NCBI GenBank assembly: GCA_030149205.1
Contig: JASBSB010000001.1
Span: 134,357-198,356, forward strand
Length of the DNA: 64,000 nucleotides
Direction of reading: 5' to 3'
From: Candidatus Heimdallarchaeota archaeon
GTDB lineage: Archaea; Asgardarchaeota; Heimdallarchaeia; Heimdallarchaeales; Kariarchaeaceae
Shown here piece by piece: positions 44,110 through 54,275 of this stretch. The translations under genes were made by a program, and so were the position numbers. The stretch's first letter is position 1. The number at the start of each line of letters is the position of its first letter. Under the pieces are notes generated by a model. That model was not told where the DNA came from and ran no database searches. It saw only the letters and a program-made list of their open reading frames with translations.

Positions 44110-44394
44110 TTAAGAAGCTGCAACATTAATTCCCCATTTAATTGGCTTAGGAGAGTTAATAAAAATTGTTGGTAGTTTGATTAATTTAGCTTGAAGTAAG
44201 GTCAAAGTTGATGCCTTATAGATTGTCGAACAGGTAGGACATTTAAATAGACACCTCTCAATCGCCACTTGTCCCTCAGCTATCGCAAGCTCTTGATGTG
44301 TTCGTGGGAAAATTATTGGCGAAAACTCCTGGCCACAAGTGTCATTCTTGCAGTGAAATAATTCATCTTTGTCCAAATCAGGAGGTAGTTCCAT
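44110..44394 (-). CDS. Small zinc-finger protein (CxxxxC ... CxxC)
   Basis: HCKNDTCGQEF ... CLFKCPTCSTIY. The start is moved to the ATG at 44394, because the first 15 codons of the track ORF translate a TATA-like element. Confidence 0.45.
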   Translation of the reverse strand: MELPPDLDKDELFHCKNDTCGQEFSPIIFPRTHQELAIAEGQVAIERCLFKCPTCSTIYKASTLTLLQAKLIKLPTIFINSPKPIKWGINVAAS

Positions 44395-44421
44395 TGGTAT
44401 ATTCAGTTTCAACACCTGAAG

Positions 44422-44429
44422 TATATAAA
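44422..44429 (-). promoter_or_regulatory. TATA-box-like element for the zinc-finger gene
   Basis: The minus strand reads tttatata starting 35 nt upstream of the ATG at 44394. Confidence 0.3.
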
Positions 44430-44603
44430 CTTGTGCCAAATGAATTTTTATATCACAAAATCTTTCGAAATCCGCGCAGTTTAACCTTAAAAAGCGCTTT
44501 TTTTCAGGGTTTTTGACTGTAGAGCGCGCGCTTTGGTTTTTTTATTGAGAAAACCAGTAAAAAATGGGTCTAATCTTGTTCATACCTAATATGAAAGAAC
44601 TAG

Positions 44604-45062
44604 CTAGTGACCCTCAGTTTCGAAGTTTCTGGCTGTTTTTGACAGCACCACATAGGTGTTAGTGTCTTTAACACCAGGGATCCTTCGAATATCTTCTATT
44701 CCTCTTTTTAGAAGTACATCTTTTTGGGTATTCAAGATAACAAACAAATCAATTTCACCTGTAACCTCATAGATTGCCTCAATACCATCTCCAACCTTCT
44801 TAATAATTTCATCTTTGATAGTCGTTGGTTCAACAGTACCTCCAATCACAACACCAACTACTGCACGTATTCCAGAAAGACGGTCGGTCAGTTCTATGGT
44901 AAACCGTTCAATTACACCGTTTTCCTTTAGTTTTTTAATTCTCTTCCTCACAGCTCCCTCCGTAATATCTAACTGACGAGCAATAACAGTGTTCTTTTCT
45001 CTGGCATTTGAAGTGAGGATCTGTAGGATTTTCTGATCAATCTTGTCAAGCATCTCTGACAT
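44604..45062 (-). CDS. Lrp/AsnC-family transcriptional regulator
   Basis: LDKIDQKILQILTSNAREKNTVIARQLDITEGAVRKRIKKLKENGVI (HTH) plus a C-terminal RAM-like domain. The start is set at MSEMLDK (45062), because upstream track codons cover a TATA-like element. Confidence 0.85.
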   Translation of the reverse strand: MSEMLDKIDQKILQILTSNAREKNTVIARQLDITEGAVRKRIKKLKENGVIERFTIELTDRLSGIRAVVGVVIGGTVEPTTIKDEIIKKVGDGIEAIYEVTGEIDLFVILNTQKDVLLKRGIEDIRRIPGVKDTNTYVVLSKTARNFETEGH

Positions 45063-45091
45063 TGGAATCAGTTGTTCATATTTGACAGACA

Positions 45092-45100
45092 TATATAAAT
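45092..45100 (-). promoter_or_regulatory. TATA-box-like element for the Lrp/AsnC gene
   Basis: The minus strand reads atttatata about 30-35 nt upstream of the ATG at 45062. Confidence 0.3.
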
Positions 45101-45241
45101 TATTTGAACTTACGAATTTCGTTTGTATGAAAAAAAAATGCATTGAAATCAACTGGTATGATACCTGTACATTTCCCAAATGAAGCACTAAAAGAATGAT
45201 AGAATACGATTTTCAGCCAAATGTGAAGTTTTTCGTAGTTT

Positions 45242-45475
45242 TTATACGATTTCAGACCTGATTCTAACAAGTTTGCTATGAGGAACAAAATTTATTCGAT
45301 TTTTTGCAATACGTGCCATTTCCTCAAAGGTAACACCTGCCAAATCGATTGCTAAGATTTTACAGTCAGATATAGAATTTACTTTACCAGCTTCCTCAAT
45401 GAAGATAGTGTACTCATTTTTCCTTTTCTCTGTTAGCTGTTGCATATGAACTGCACCATAATTCCCAGAAGTCAT
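45242..45475 (-). CDS. Hypothetical small protein (77 aa)
   Basis: ORF upstream of, and on the same strand as, the Lrp gene. No motif recognised. Confidence 0.35.
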   Translation of the reverse strand: MTSGNYGAVHMQQLTEKRKNEYTIFIEEAGKVNSISDCKILAIDLAGVTFEEMARIAKNRINFVPHSKLVRIRSEIV

Positions 45476-45603
45476 AAAATTTAGTTATTATATACGAATA
45501 AAAATTTTGTTAGGGAAGGGATACTATTTTTACAATTCATAGATGATATATGACAGGTTCAATTTAACAAAACTTCTAAACGCAATTACGGTAATCATGA
45601 TGA

Positions 45604-46530
45604 TTGAAGGCAAATTTACGCGCAGAGTACATCTTGCTCATTGGAATTCTAGCGGTCACTTCATCCAGCTTCATTATTCTTGCTGCTTATGAACCAAGTG
45701 GTGCACAGGTCGATAGGGTGAGTCTTGCTTTTGTTAGAGTTCTTTTTACAGCTTTGTTAAGTTTGACCATAGTTTGGATAAGAAGGAGCAAAACTCACAA
45801 ACTTGTGAAACATACCTACTCAAAGAAAGATTTCTTAGTAATCTCAAGCTCTGGACTAGCATTAGCTCTCCATTTCTCGTTTTGGTTCATTTCTTTGGAC
45901 TATCTCCCAATTGGTGTGTCTTTAGCACTTACAAACACAGCTCCAATTTGGATACTTGCATTTATGTTTATCTTTTATCGAGAAGTCCAAAAAGTTAAAC
46001 AAGTGATTGGGGTTTTAGTGGGAGTGGGAGGAGCAGTGGTGCTTAGTGTCAACAACTTGACATTGTTTTTAGACAAAGGACTTTCTTTGGGTGCACTCTT
46101 AGCTCTAATTTCTGCTTTTGGACTGGCTATATACTTGGCTCTTGCAAAGTATGGTGTGGACAAGTTTGGGCTATGGTTATATTTTGGGCAGGTTAATCTG
46201 GTTGCTGCGGTTGGGCTTTATATTTATTTAACAATTTCTGGAAATTTATCTCACGTCAGTCTTATGGCGATCACTTATGGACTTAGTCTGGCTTTAATCC
46301 CAGGACTACTTGGTCACGCATCATTTCAATATTCAATGAGCAAACTTCCCTCATCACTGGTGTCTATAGCAACTTTGGGAGAACCTCTTCTTGGAGCACT
46401 GTTTGCTTGGTTCATCTTCTCGCAAAAATTATCATTTGTTGAGGTCGTAGGGATGTTGTTAATCCCTATGGGCGTATTTTTAACACTTAATTTCAATGGA
46501 GATTCCCCCATTAATTATGAAGATCAATGA
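45604..46530 (+). CDS. EamA/DMT-family transporter
   Basis: Ten TM helices in two EamA-like halves. TTG start. Confidence 0.8.
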   Translation: MKANLRAEYILLIGILAVTSSSFIILAAYEPSGAQVDRVSLAFVRVLFTALLSLTIVWIRRSKTHKLVKHTYSKKDFLVISSSGLALALHFSFWFISLDYLPIGVSLALTNTAPIWILAFMFIFYREVQKVKQVIGVLVGVGGAVVLSVNNLTLFLDKGLSLGALLALISAFGLAIYLALAKYGVDKFGLWLYFGQVNLVAAVGLYIYLTISGNLSHVSLMAITYGLSLALIPGLLGHASFQYSMSKLPSSLVSIATLGEPLLGALFAWFIFSQKLSFVEVVGMLLIPMGVFLTLNFNGDSPINYEDQ

Positions 46531-46756
46531 GAGAATTGGCGGTACAATTATACCATTGGTAATTTACAAAAGGTATCAATCCTTCTAATTTCTAACAACT
46601 TCAGCCAATTTAGCTGTAAATTAGAAATTTAGTAAATTATTGCTTATTCATCATCACAATAATTTGGTTGAAGCTTTGCACCATATCTTTAAATTTAAAA
46701 TAGAAATTGATATAATTTAATTAGAAGTTCCAAAACAAAACTGTGGAGGATAAATT

Positions 46757-48385
46757 ATGAGTTTAACAGGACAACCAGTAATCATACTCAGAGAAGGCAC
46801 AACCAGAACAAAAGGAAAAGATGCTTTAAGAAACAATATTCAAGCTGCAAAAGTCATTGCAGAAGCTGTAAGATCTGCCCTAGGTCCAAAAGGTATGGAT
46901 AAGATGTTAGTTGATGGGTTTGGAGATGTTGTCATCACAAATGATGGTGCAACAATACTCAAAGAAATTGACGTTCAACATCCTGGGGCCAAGTTTGTTG
47001 TAGAACTTGCAAAAACACAGGATCAAGAGGTGGGTGATGGAACAACAAGTGTCGTTGTCCTCGCCGGTGAATTATTGAAGAAAAGTGAAGACCTTCTTGA
47101 TCAAAACATTCACCCAACAGTTATAGTTGAAGGATACAGACTTGCGAGAGAAAAGTCTCTGAACATTTTGAAGGAAAATTCCATCAAGGTGGATGTAAAT
47201 GACAGAAAACAATTAATTAATATCGCAAAAACATCAATGTCATCAAAGATAGTTTCTAATCAAAGTGACTTTCTTGCAGATTTAGTTGTAGACGCTATTC
47301 TTTCAGTTGCTGAGAAAAAGGAAGATGGGACATACACTGTAGATTTAGACAAAGTCGTGAAGGTTAAAAAAGTTGGTGAGAATTTAGAGAAATCAGAACT
47401 GGTTAAAGGATTAGTGCTTGATAAAGAGGGAGTTCACCCTGATATGCCTAACTATGTGAAGAATGCAAAAATTCTTGTGGTTAATTCTGCCTTAGAAATC
47501 ACTAAAACTGAATTTGATGCCAAGCTAACAATTTCTACTCCTGAAGAAGTTAAAAGCTTCTTGAAACGAGAAAAAGAGATGTTAAGAGAGATGGCTGATA
47601 AAGTTATTAACTCAGGAGCTAATGTTATCTTTACCCAAAAAGGGATTGATGATAATGTTCAACATTACCTTGCGGAGAAAAACATTCTTGCAGTAAGAAG
47701 GGTTAAGAAATCAGATATTTCAAGAATTTCTGAAATTAGTGGAGCCACAATTGTTACAAACATTAATGACATTGAAAAGTCTTACTTAGGTTCTGCTGGT
47801 TTAATTGAACAGGTTCCAATTGGTGGAGATGAGGTCATGGTATTAAGAGAAGCACCTCATGGTTCCGTAGTAACCCTTCTGATCAGAGGAAGTACAGAAT
47901 TCGTGCTTGATGAATATGAGAGATCAATCCATGATGCACTATCTGTAGTTCGAAACATTGTTGAGGATCAAGAACTTGTGTCCGGAGGAGGTGCAGTTGA
48001 ACTCCTTCTATCAAGAAAATTAAATGAGTTTGCAGATACTCAATCACCAAAAGTACAACTTGCAATTAGAGCATTTTCTCAGGCGTTACTGGCCATACCA
48101 AAAGCATTATCAGAAAATGCTGGTTTAGACCCCATTGAAATCATTGGTGAAATGAACAAAAAATTTGCCGAAGATAAAACCTCATTTGGTATCAATCCAT
48201 ATACAGGGAAAATAGATGATATGGCTGTTTTAGGTGTCTTAGAACCACTGAGGGTTAAATACCAAGCAATCTCTTCCGCTTCTGAAGCGGCTTCCATTTT
48301 GCTCAGAATTGACGACGTCGTTTCTGCAAAAGACCTTGGAGGATCTCCAGCCCCACCAGGTGGAGATATGGGAATGGACTATTAG
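46757..48385 (+). CDS. ths: Thermosome subunit (group II chaperonin)
   Basis: [32 protein letters not shown] and a C-terminal GGDMGMDY tail. Confidence 0.97.
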   Translation: MSLTGQPVIILREGTTRTKGKDALRNNIQAAKVIAEAVRSALGPKGMDKMLVDGFGDVVITNDGATILKEIDVQHPGAKFVVELAKTQDQEVGDGTTSVVVLAGELLKKSEDLLDQNIHPTVIVEGYRLAREKSLNILKENSIKVDVNDRKQLINIAKTSMSSKIVSNQSDFLADLVVDAILSVAEKKEDGTYTVDLDKVVKVKKVGENLEKSELVKGLVLDKEGVHPDMPNYVKNAKILVVNSALEITKTEFDAKLTISTPEEVKSFLKREKEMLREMADKVINSGANVIFTQKGIDDNVQHYLAEKNILAVRRVKKSDISRISEISGATIVTNINDIEKSYLGSAGLIEQVPIGGDEVMVLREAPHGSVVTLLIRGSTEFVLDEYERSIHDALSVVRNIVEDQELVSGGGAVELLLSRKLNEFADTQSPKVQLAIRAFSQALLAIPKALSENAGLDPIEIIGEMNKKFAEDKTSFGINPYTGKIDDMAVLGVLEPLRVKYQAISSASEAASILLRIDDVVSAKDLGGSPAPPGGDMGMDY

Positions 48386-49478
48386 AAAAAGCATATTTTT
48401 ATATCATTACAATTTCAGATTTATCATCCATCACAAAAAATCGTTTTTATTCTTAATTGTTCTTATCTTGCTAATCAGTCAAAACCCTTTACACGCTAAA
48501 ACGGTAGAAAAACTACAACCCATTTCGCAGGTTGAAATTACAAAAACCATGAAAAATCAGCTTGATTTTGGTCCAAGGTACCCTGGATCAGAAGGTATCA
48601 AGTTATTTAGAGACTATTTTCAATCATTCGTTGACCAGTACCCAAATTGGGTGATGCGAGAGGAACCATTTCAATATAAGGGAGTAACTCTAGTAAATAT
48701 ATTTGTACATGAAAGAAATTACCCTGAGTTGCCTCAAATTCTTATAGGAGCTCATTATGATACAAGAAAGAGAGCCACCAAAGACCCTAATTATCCCACT
48801 CTTCCTATCTTAGGAGCTAATGACGGTGCCTCGGGAGTCTCTTCAATTATGGAGCTAATTCGAGTGATGAATAAAACACAGAATGGTAAGATTGGATTTG
48901 TCCTGTTTGATGGGGAGGACCAAGGATTTGACACTGGATTTGGAATGGAAGGATGGGAATGGATTGTTGGCTCAACTCATTTTGTTGATTTTCATAAAAA
49001 TGAGATCAATAACATCAAGAACTTTATATTACTGGACATGATTGCGAACAAAAATCTTCAGATATTTTACGAGGGAGGAAGTAACCTGACCCTTGCATCA
49101 AAAATCTGGGATGTTGCACACAAATACAATTTCACTAAAGAATTTGTCAAAAAGGTGGGATATTATCTAATTGATGACCACACACCGTTTGTCAAAGCTG
49201 GGGTTAATTCTGTTGATATAATCGACTTCAATTACCCCGAACATCATACATTGGCTGATGATCTACAGTCTATATCAACATTATCCATAACAATAGTCAC
49301 TAAGGTTGTTTATGAATGGATAAACCTTGAACTACAACCAACAACCACAAAAATCTCACAGAGCTTATCAACCAAAACCCCTGCAACCCTATTTGAAGTG
49401 ATTGCAGCAGGTGCCTTAAGCTTGATTATAATTGTTAAGAAATCGGGTAAGCGACGAAATGGGCACGCTGCACATTAA
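48309..49478 (+). CDS. Secreted M28-family metallopeptidase (aminopeptidase / glutaminyl-cyclase-like) with C-terminal TM anchor; start unresolved
   Basis: GAHYDTR, GANDGASGV, FVLFDGEDQG and DDHTPF. The signal-peptide-like KKSFLFLIVLILLISQNPLHA lies after the thermosome stop. The only upstream ATG (48309) is 77 nt inside the thermosome gene, and the next ATG is at 48549. Confidence 0.7.
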   Translation: MTTSFLQKTLEDLQPHQVEIWEWTIRKSIFLYHYNFRFIIHHKKSFLFLIVLILLISQNPLHAKTVEKLQPISQVEITKTMKNQLDFGPRYPGSEGIKLFRDYFQSFVDQYPNWVMREEPFQYKGVTLVNIFVHERNYPELPQILIGAHYDTRKRATKDPNYPTLPILGANDGASGVSSIMELIRVMNKTQNGKIGFVLFDGEDQGFDTGFGMEGWEWIVGSTHFVDFHKNEINNIKNFILLDMIANKNLQIFYEGGSNLTLASKIWDVAHKYNFTKEFVKKVGYYLIDDHTPFVKAGVNSVDIIDFNYPEHHTLADDLQSISTLSITIVTKVVYEWINLELQPTTTKISQSLSTKTPATLFEVIAAGALSLIIIVKKSGKRRNGHAAH

Positions 49479-50006
49479 ACTAATTTTCTTTTGGCTGATT
49501 TTTCCTTTGTTTTGCTTCAGGTAGAGATACAATAGACCAGCAAAAATTGTGAGTGATTCTTCCCTAGAATTATTTGATGGTTGAAAATTCAACAGAAACC
49601 TCCTAAACTCAGGAACAAGGACATTTAATTTATTTAATGGTTGATCAAAAATCCAAATTAGGTCTACGAGAGAGATTTGGATGGGTTTGAGACCTAATTT
49701 GCTCATGATTTCAACATAGGCAGTATAAGTTTGAGGAGAAGACAATTGGTTTGCAATTTGATGAGGGAAAAGCAAATGGTTAGATATAATTCCATAGTAA
49801 ACTATTCCAGAAAAAATATCGCGATTTAAAGCGATGTTTTTCCTTTGTAGAGCTGAAGAGACCACAAGCACACGAACTTTGAGTCTATAACCCAAATATT
49901 GTATGGAATCCTTAAGATAACCATCCAGATATGGTTCATACTTTGAATACAGGGTGTGAAATTTTGATTCTATGACACGCAAGAATGCCAAAGAGTATGA
50001 AAGCAC
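49416..50006 (-). CDS. Hypothetical helical protein with C-terminal HTH-like segment (cyclin/TFIIB-core-like?)
   Basis: ISQKKISLMCSVPISSLTRFL at the C-terminus. The ORF's 3' end overlaps the peptidase gene by 63 nt (convergent). Confidence 0.35.
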   Translation of the reverse strand: MLSYSLAFLRVIESKFHTLYSKYEPYLDGYLKDSIQYLGYRLKVRVLVVSSALQRKNIALNRDIFSGIVYYGIISNHLLFPHQIANQLSSPQTYTAYVEIMSKLGLKPIQISLVDLIWIFDQPLNKLNVLVPEFRRFLLNFQPSNNSREESLTIFAGLLYLYLKQNKGKISQKKISLMCSVPISSLTRFLNNYNQA

Positions 50007-50166
50007 GTAGGTCTAGCAATTAGATGGATTTTAAAAAAGTAAGCTTTCTCATTAAAATTATTCTCTAATTAGAACATTAATGGCTCTCAATTGTTTTCAG
50101 ATTTTAAGTTAGGTTAATTAAGGACAAGAGAAGGAAATAGTAAGAGACTTCCAGGAGGATAAATTT

Positions 50167-51165
50167 GTGAAAAATTTTATTATTATAGTTCCTCAGAGTA
50201 AAAAGGATGTGCTTGCAGAATCTCTTCAAGAAATGAACATCCCCTACCATCTTATTCTGGGAGAAGGTAATGCAACCTTCAACTTTATCATCCAAACCGA
50301 ATATTCTAACACCTTGCTACATGAACTTAAATTGAGGGGGGTCGGGACTGTTTTTGGTGAGATTGTTGTAGCACCAATAGTAACTCACCTTTCTCCAAAG
50401 AACCCATCACCGAGTATCAAGAAATCAGGGGGGGCAAATGTGGAAGAGATCAGATCAGTGTTACTTGAATCTGGGGACTTAAATATAAATTATATCATTC
50501 TTGTACTACTTTCTGCGATTTTAGCTAGTTATGGTTTGTATGCCAACAATGTCGTTATAATTATAGGATCTATGATTGTGGCACCTCTTATGGCCCCTAT
50601 TGCATTGACATCTTTGGGAGCAATTTTACCAGGCTCTAGACTTTTGCAAAAAGGATTAATAGCTGAAATTCTAGGGATTTCCTTAACTGTTATTGTGGGG
50701 TATATAGTTGGGATAGTTGTTAATGTTCATTCAACTCCAATTGATACCTTACCTGAGCTTAAGTCACGAGGTGTGATCGATGGGGTAGCATTAATTTTTG
50801 CATTGGTTTCAGGTCTTGCTGCCGGAATAATAATTGCAAAGGGGTCAAACCTATCTATTGTTGGTGTGGCAATTGCTGCATCATTAGCACCACCAGCAGC
50901 AGCCATTGGTCTATTCTTAGCGGGTACTATGTGGAAATATGCGTCAGAAGCATCATTGTTGCTCTTATTAAACATAGTAGCCATCAATCTAGCTTGCTCT
51001 TTAGTTTTCCTATTTTTAGGACTTGCTTCGACGACAGGAGAATCCAGGAGGTCAACTGAAATTGCAAGCCGTACGAATAAAATATTGATTTATGTTGCCA
51101 GTGTAATTCTGTTAGCAATTATTTTAGTAATTGCAAATAATAACAGGGTATTTGGACCAATCTAA
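50167..51165 (+). CDS. DUF389 / TIGR00341-family membrane protein
   Basis: A soluble N-domain followed by the hydrophobic repeat IIGSMIVAPLMAPIALTSLG. GTG start. Confidence 0.7.
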   Translation: MKNFIIIVPQSKKDVLAESLQEMNIPYHLILGEGNATFNFIIQTEYSNTLLHELKLRGVGTVFGEIVVAPIVTHLSPKNPSPSIKKSGGANVEEIRSVLLESGDLNINYIILVLLSAILASYGLYANNVVIIIGSMIVAPLMAPIALTSLGAILPGSRLLQKGLIAEILGISLTVIVGYIVGIVVNVHSTPIDTLPELKSRGVIDGVALIFALVSGLAAGIIIAKGSNLSIVGVAIAASLAPPAAAIGLFLAGTMWKYASEASLLLLLNIVAINLACSLVFLFLGLASTTGESRRSTEIASRTNKILIYVASVILLAIILVIANNNRVFGPI

Positions 51166-51211
51166 ACATAGGAAATTTATTTGGATTTGTGCCGATATTA
51201 CATATTGAGTA

Positions 51212-52645
51212 TTAACGGCTGTTTCGACCATCTCTGCCTTTTTTTAACCTGCGTGAGTGGAGTAAGGACTTTAAATCTCTTGGTTTTTCTCTCTCTTCTT
51301 TGAGATTTTTAATTCTACGTTGGTTAAGATGTTCCTCCCAGAATTTCTTCCTCTCTTGAAAATTCATCCTAGACATATCATCAGGTTCAACTTTGTTTCC
51401 TTGAATTATGTTTCTTTTAAACCGTTTTTCCAAACTTTGACTTCCCTTAGAACTGGTTTCAGAACCCGTTTCAGAACTCGCAGCGGAACTAGTGGAAGAA
51501 GAAATATCAACCCTTGAAATTCTGTTTTCCCATAATTTCTTTCTCTCTTCAAATTGTTCCTTAAAATTTTTTAATTCATTTAACCTACTTGACTTTTTAG
51601 AGGTTACCTCAGTCTTTTGATTTCGAACACCTATTCTCGAAGGTGATCGGGGAGTAACAGAAATAGGTTCAGCCATTACATCCCCAATTTTTTGATAAAC
51701 CCTATGACTACCAGATATTGTTTTAAGAGTGTTTTTCCAACTTCCAAAAAGAGTTTCAGTTCTCCCAATGATTAAGAACCCACCAGGGTTCAATGATTCT
51801 ACAAATTTCTCAATTATCCTCCTCTGTTCCTGCTTATCAATATAAATTAAAACATTTCTGCAGAAAATTGCATCAAATCCCTTTGGATAGGTATCTTTAT
51901 TGAGATCGTGTAAAGAGAAGTTTACTCTATTACGAATTTCCTTATTTACCTTGTAATACCCTTCCCCTGTAAGTTTAAAATATTTTGTGGCTTCAATCTT
52001 ACGAGTCTCACTTAAATAAGAGCCATCGTAAGTCGCATGTCGAGCAATTTCGAGTAAATCTGGATTGACGTCTGTGGCTAAAATTCTCAACCTCAGGTCA
52101 TTTGTTCTTAATTTGTCTTCGAATATCATTGAGATCGTATAAGGTTCTGCTCCCACTGCGCACCCTGCTGACCAAATTTTGATTTCACTCCCTTTCCTCG
52201 AACCATTGGAAGTGATCTGTGGTACAATATGATCTCTCACAAGTTCAAATGTATCTCTGTTTCTGAAGAATCGAGTTACATTGATTGACAATGACTCCTT
52301 GATTTTCGAAATTTCACCAAAATTTCTTTTGATATAGGCCAAATACTCAGAATAAGAACTCATGTTTAACCTATTCATTCTCATCCTTATCCTACGAGTG
52401 ATATATCGCTCTTTGTAAGCTGAGGTTTCGATTCCTTGCTTTTTAAGATGAGATAGCAAATAAGGCAGGTTGGTCTCATCTAGTTTACGCTCTTTTGTAT
52501 TAATTGAAAATAGCCGTTCAGAAACAGTTGAATTACCCTTTCGAGGCGATTTACTTGAAGTTTTGTTCAAATAAGATTCTGGACCTAATCCCCGACCGAG
52601 GGTTGCTCCTTTTGCAACTTTTGGTTTATCTTTACCTGAGACCAC
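51212..52645 (-). CDS. cheR: CheR-type protein-glutamate O-methyltransferase with basic N- and long Ser/Lys/Arg-rich C-terminal extensions
   Basis: TRFFRNRDTFE, IKIWSAGCAVGAEPYTISM, ILATDVN, IFCRNVLIYID and LNPGGFLIIG. Confidence 0.8.
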   Translation of the reverse strand: MVSGKDKPKVAKGATLGRGLGPESYLNKTSSKSPRKGNSTVSERLFSINTKERKLDETNLPYLLSHLKKQGIETSAYKERYITRRIRMRMNRLNMSSYSEYLAYIKRNFGEISKIKESLSINVTRFFRNRDTFELVRDHIVPQITSNGSRKGSEIKIWSAGCAVGAEPYTISMIFEDKLRTNDLRLRILATDVNPDLLEIARHATYDGSYLSETRKIEATKYFKLTGEGYYKVNKEIRNRVNFSLHDLNKDTYPKGFDAIFCRNVLIYIDKQEQRRIIEKFVESLNPGGFLIIGRTETLFGSWKNTLKTISGSHRVYQKIGDVMAEPISVTPRSPSRIGVRNQKTEVTSKKSSRLNELKNFKEQFEERKKLWENRISRVDISSSTSSAASSETGSETSSKGSQSLEKRFKRNIIQGNKVEPDDMSRMNFQERKKFWEEHLNQRRIKNLKEEREKPRDLKSLLHSRRLKKGRDGRNSR

Positions 52646-52680
52646 AATAATAATAAGATTTACTCAAATAAAACTCTTAT

Positions 52681-54189
52681 CTATCTTTTTAACTTTCTAA
52701 TAATTACCAAAATTAGTGTGAAAATAACGAATGAGATAATCGTAAAGGGAACAGGAGTAGTTTTGCTGTCAAACTGAGCGGACAAAATCCCTGAATTTTT
52801 GATTTGTCTAACCCATAGCCCATTAGAGTTTTGACTATCTAGCAAGGTAGTTGTTAATCTTTGAATTGTATTGTTGACTATCCCCGATAGTTGGAGAATC
52901 CGCAAAGTTTCATAATTTTTAGCCAAAACCTGCAATACCCCAGCTATACCTTCAGAATAGGAAAGATCGAAAAATCGATCTTCTTTATTAGACGAGTGGA
53001 TCAGATAATAATTCCAACTACCTGTTTGGACGTTGGTTACATTCACAATTTGTGAGTTAAGAAAGTCAAGAAAGGCAGATTTTAGAGATGTCTGTTGAGT
53101 CCGAGTAAGTTTATTATAACTACTCAAAAGGAAATCAAAAACACCAAGGACACCTGAACTTAGGGAGTTTAGTTGAATTGAACTGTTCGGTTGCACGTGA
53201 AAATAGGGGGAGACAGAGGAAAGTTTATTCATCACTAATTGGAGTGGTGTTTGTATCTCTTTTGAATAATCAGTTTGTGAGCTTCCTAAAGATTCAAGGA
53301 TACCAGAGACACCTGAATTAAGATTGTAATTAAGCTCAGTTGTATCGTTTTCCGTATTCCAAAGACCATTGGGTAGCTGCCTAGAGACCAAGTAGGAATA
53401 CACCTTTTTGGAAAAATCTAATATTGAGGAATTTTGACTTATTCCTGCAAAATTTTGAAGTGATAGGGCTATTCCTGCCATTCCCTTCCCATATCCGTAT
53501 ATTTCAACTCCAGCAAACCCCTTTTCAAATGGGTACCAAGGTATTGATATCCCCGATTGGTGTTTGGTTGAAATTGAATACAACCAATTCACTACTTTTT
53601 CTCCCCATTTAAGATAGGTTTGATTCTTTGTTAATTTATACAAGGAACCAACTGCTCCTAAGATTCCTGCTGAGCCGAATTCAAGTCCTGACAGAGGGAT
53701 GCCAAATGCTTTGCTCACATTTGAATCCGCATATCCCCAGAAAGCCTTGTTTCCATCCAAAATTGAGCGGGTAAATAATAAATTGAGGGCGGACTGAGCC
53801 TGGTCAAACCAAATCCTATTCTTTGAAAAATTGTAATAGGACAACAACGAATTAATTATTCCTGACTGACCATATTTATCACCAACATAAATTACTGAAT
53901 AATTATCAACCGTTTTTCGCCAAAGGGAGAGGGGGGTCCCATATAGGTCATTTATACGCTCATTTAAAAGGCCCTGATAAAATTGACTTAAGCTCCTGTT
54001 TACTTCACCCTGTAACTTAACTGGGAGAATAGGGTAGACTTTAATCAAAGTTTTTGCAATACCAGCCCCACCATATTCAAATCCCAGGTATGTTGAATAG
54101 TCTTGTTCTGGAAGCGGTGGTGCTTGAGAATGAACTGTCAGAGGCAAAATAAGAATTAATACTATAAATAACCCGGAAAATAACCTCAC
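52681..54189 (-). CDS. Secreted, C-terminally anchored LanC-like (alpha/alpha-toroid) repeat protein without cysteines
   Basis: Signal peptide present. There are at least 7 G-x-[AS]-G-I motifs at helix starts: GGAGIAKTL, GQSGIINSL, GSAGILGAV, GMAGIALSL, GVSGILESL, GVLGVFDFL and GIAGVLQVL. The C-terminus is a TM helix plus RKLKR. Confidence 0.5.
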   Translation of the reverse strand: MRLFSGLFIVLILILPLTVHSQAPPLPEQDYSTYLGFEYGGAGIAKTLIKVYPILPVKLQGEVNRSLSQFYQGLLNERINDLYGTPLSLWRKTVDNYSVIYVGDKYGQSGIINSLLSYYNFSKNRIWFDQAQSALNLLFTRSILDGNKAFWGYADSNVSKAFGIPLSGLEFGSAGILGAVGSLYKLTKNQTYLKWGEKVVNWLYSISTKHQSGISIPWYPFEKGFAGVEIYGYGKGMAGIALSLQNFAGISQNSSILDFSKKVYSYLVSRQLPNGLWNTENDTTELNYNLNSGVSGILESLGSSQTDYSKEIQTPLQLVMNKLSSVSPYFHVQPNSSIQLNSLSSGVLGVFDFLLSSYNKLTRTQQTSLKSAFLDFLNSQIVNVTNVQTGSWNYYLIHSSNKEDRFFDLSYSEGIAGVLQVLAKNYETLRILQLSGIVNNTIQRLTTTLLDSQNSNGLWVRQIKNSGILSAQFDSKTTPVPFTIISFVIFTLILVIIRKLKR

Positions 54190-54275
54190 AACTTTACTTG
54201 AATTCTCATGCTTATTATTTTAGTCATAACTTCAAGACTTCACGAATAATTTTTTCTAAACTTGTAAGGTTTTCT

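Noticed and set aside
45100-45288. 62-aa minus-strand ORF between the Lrp gene and the 77-aa ORF
   Set aside because: It covers the Lrp promoter/TATA region and overlaps both neighbours. No motif is present, so it is likely spurious.
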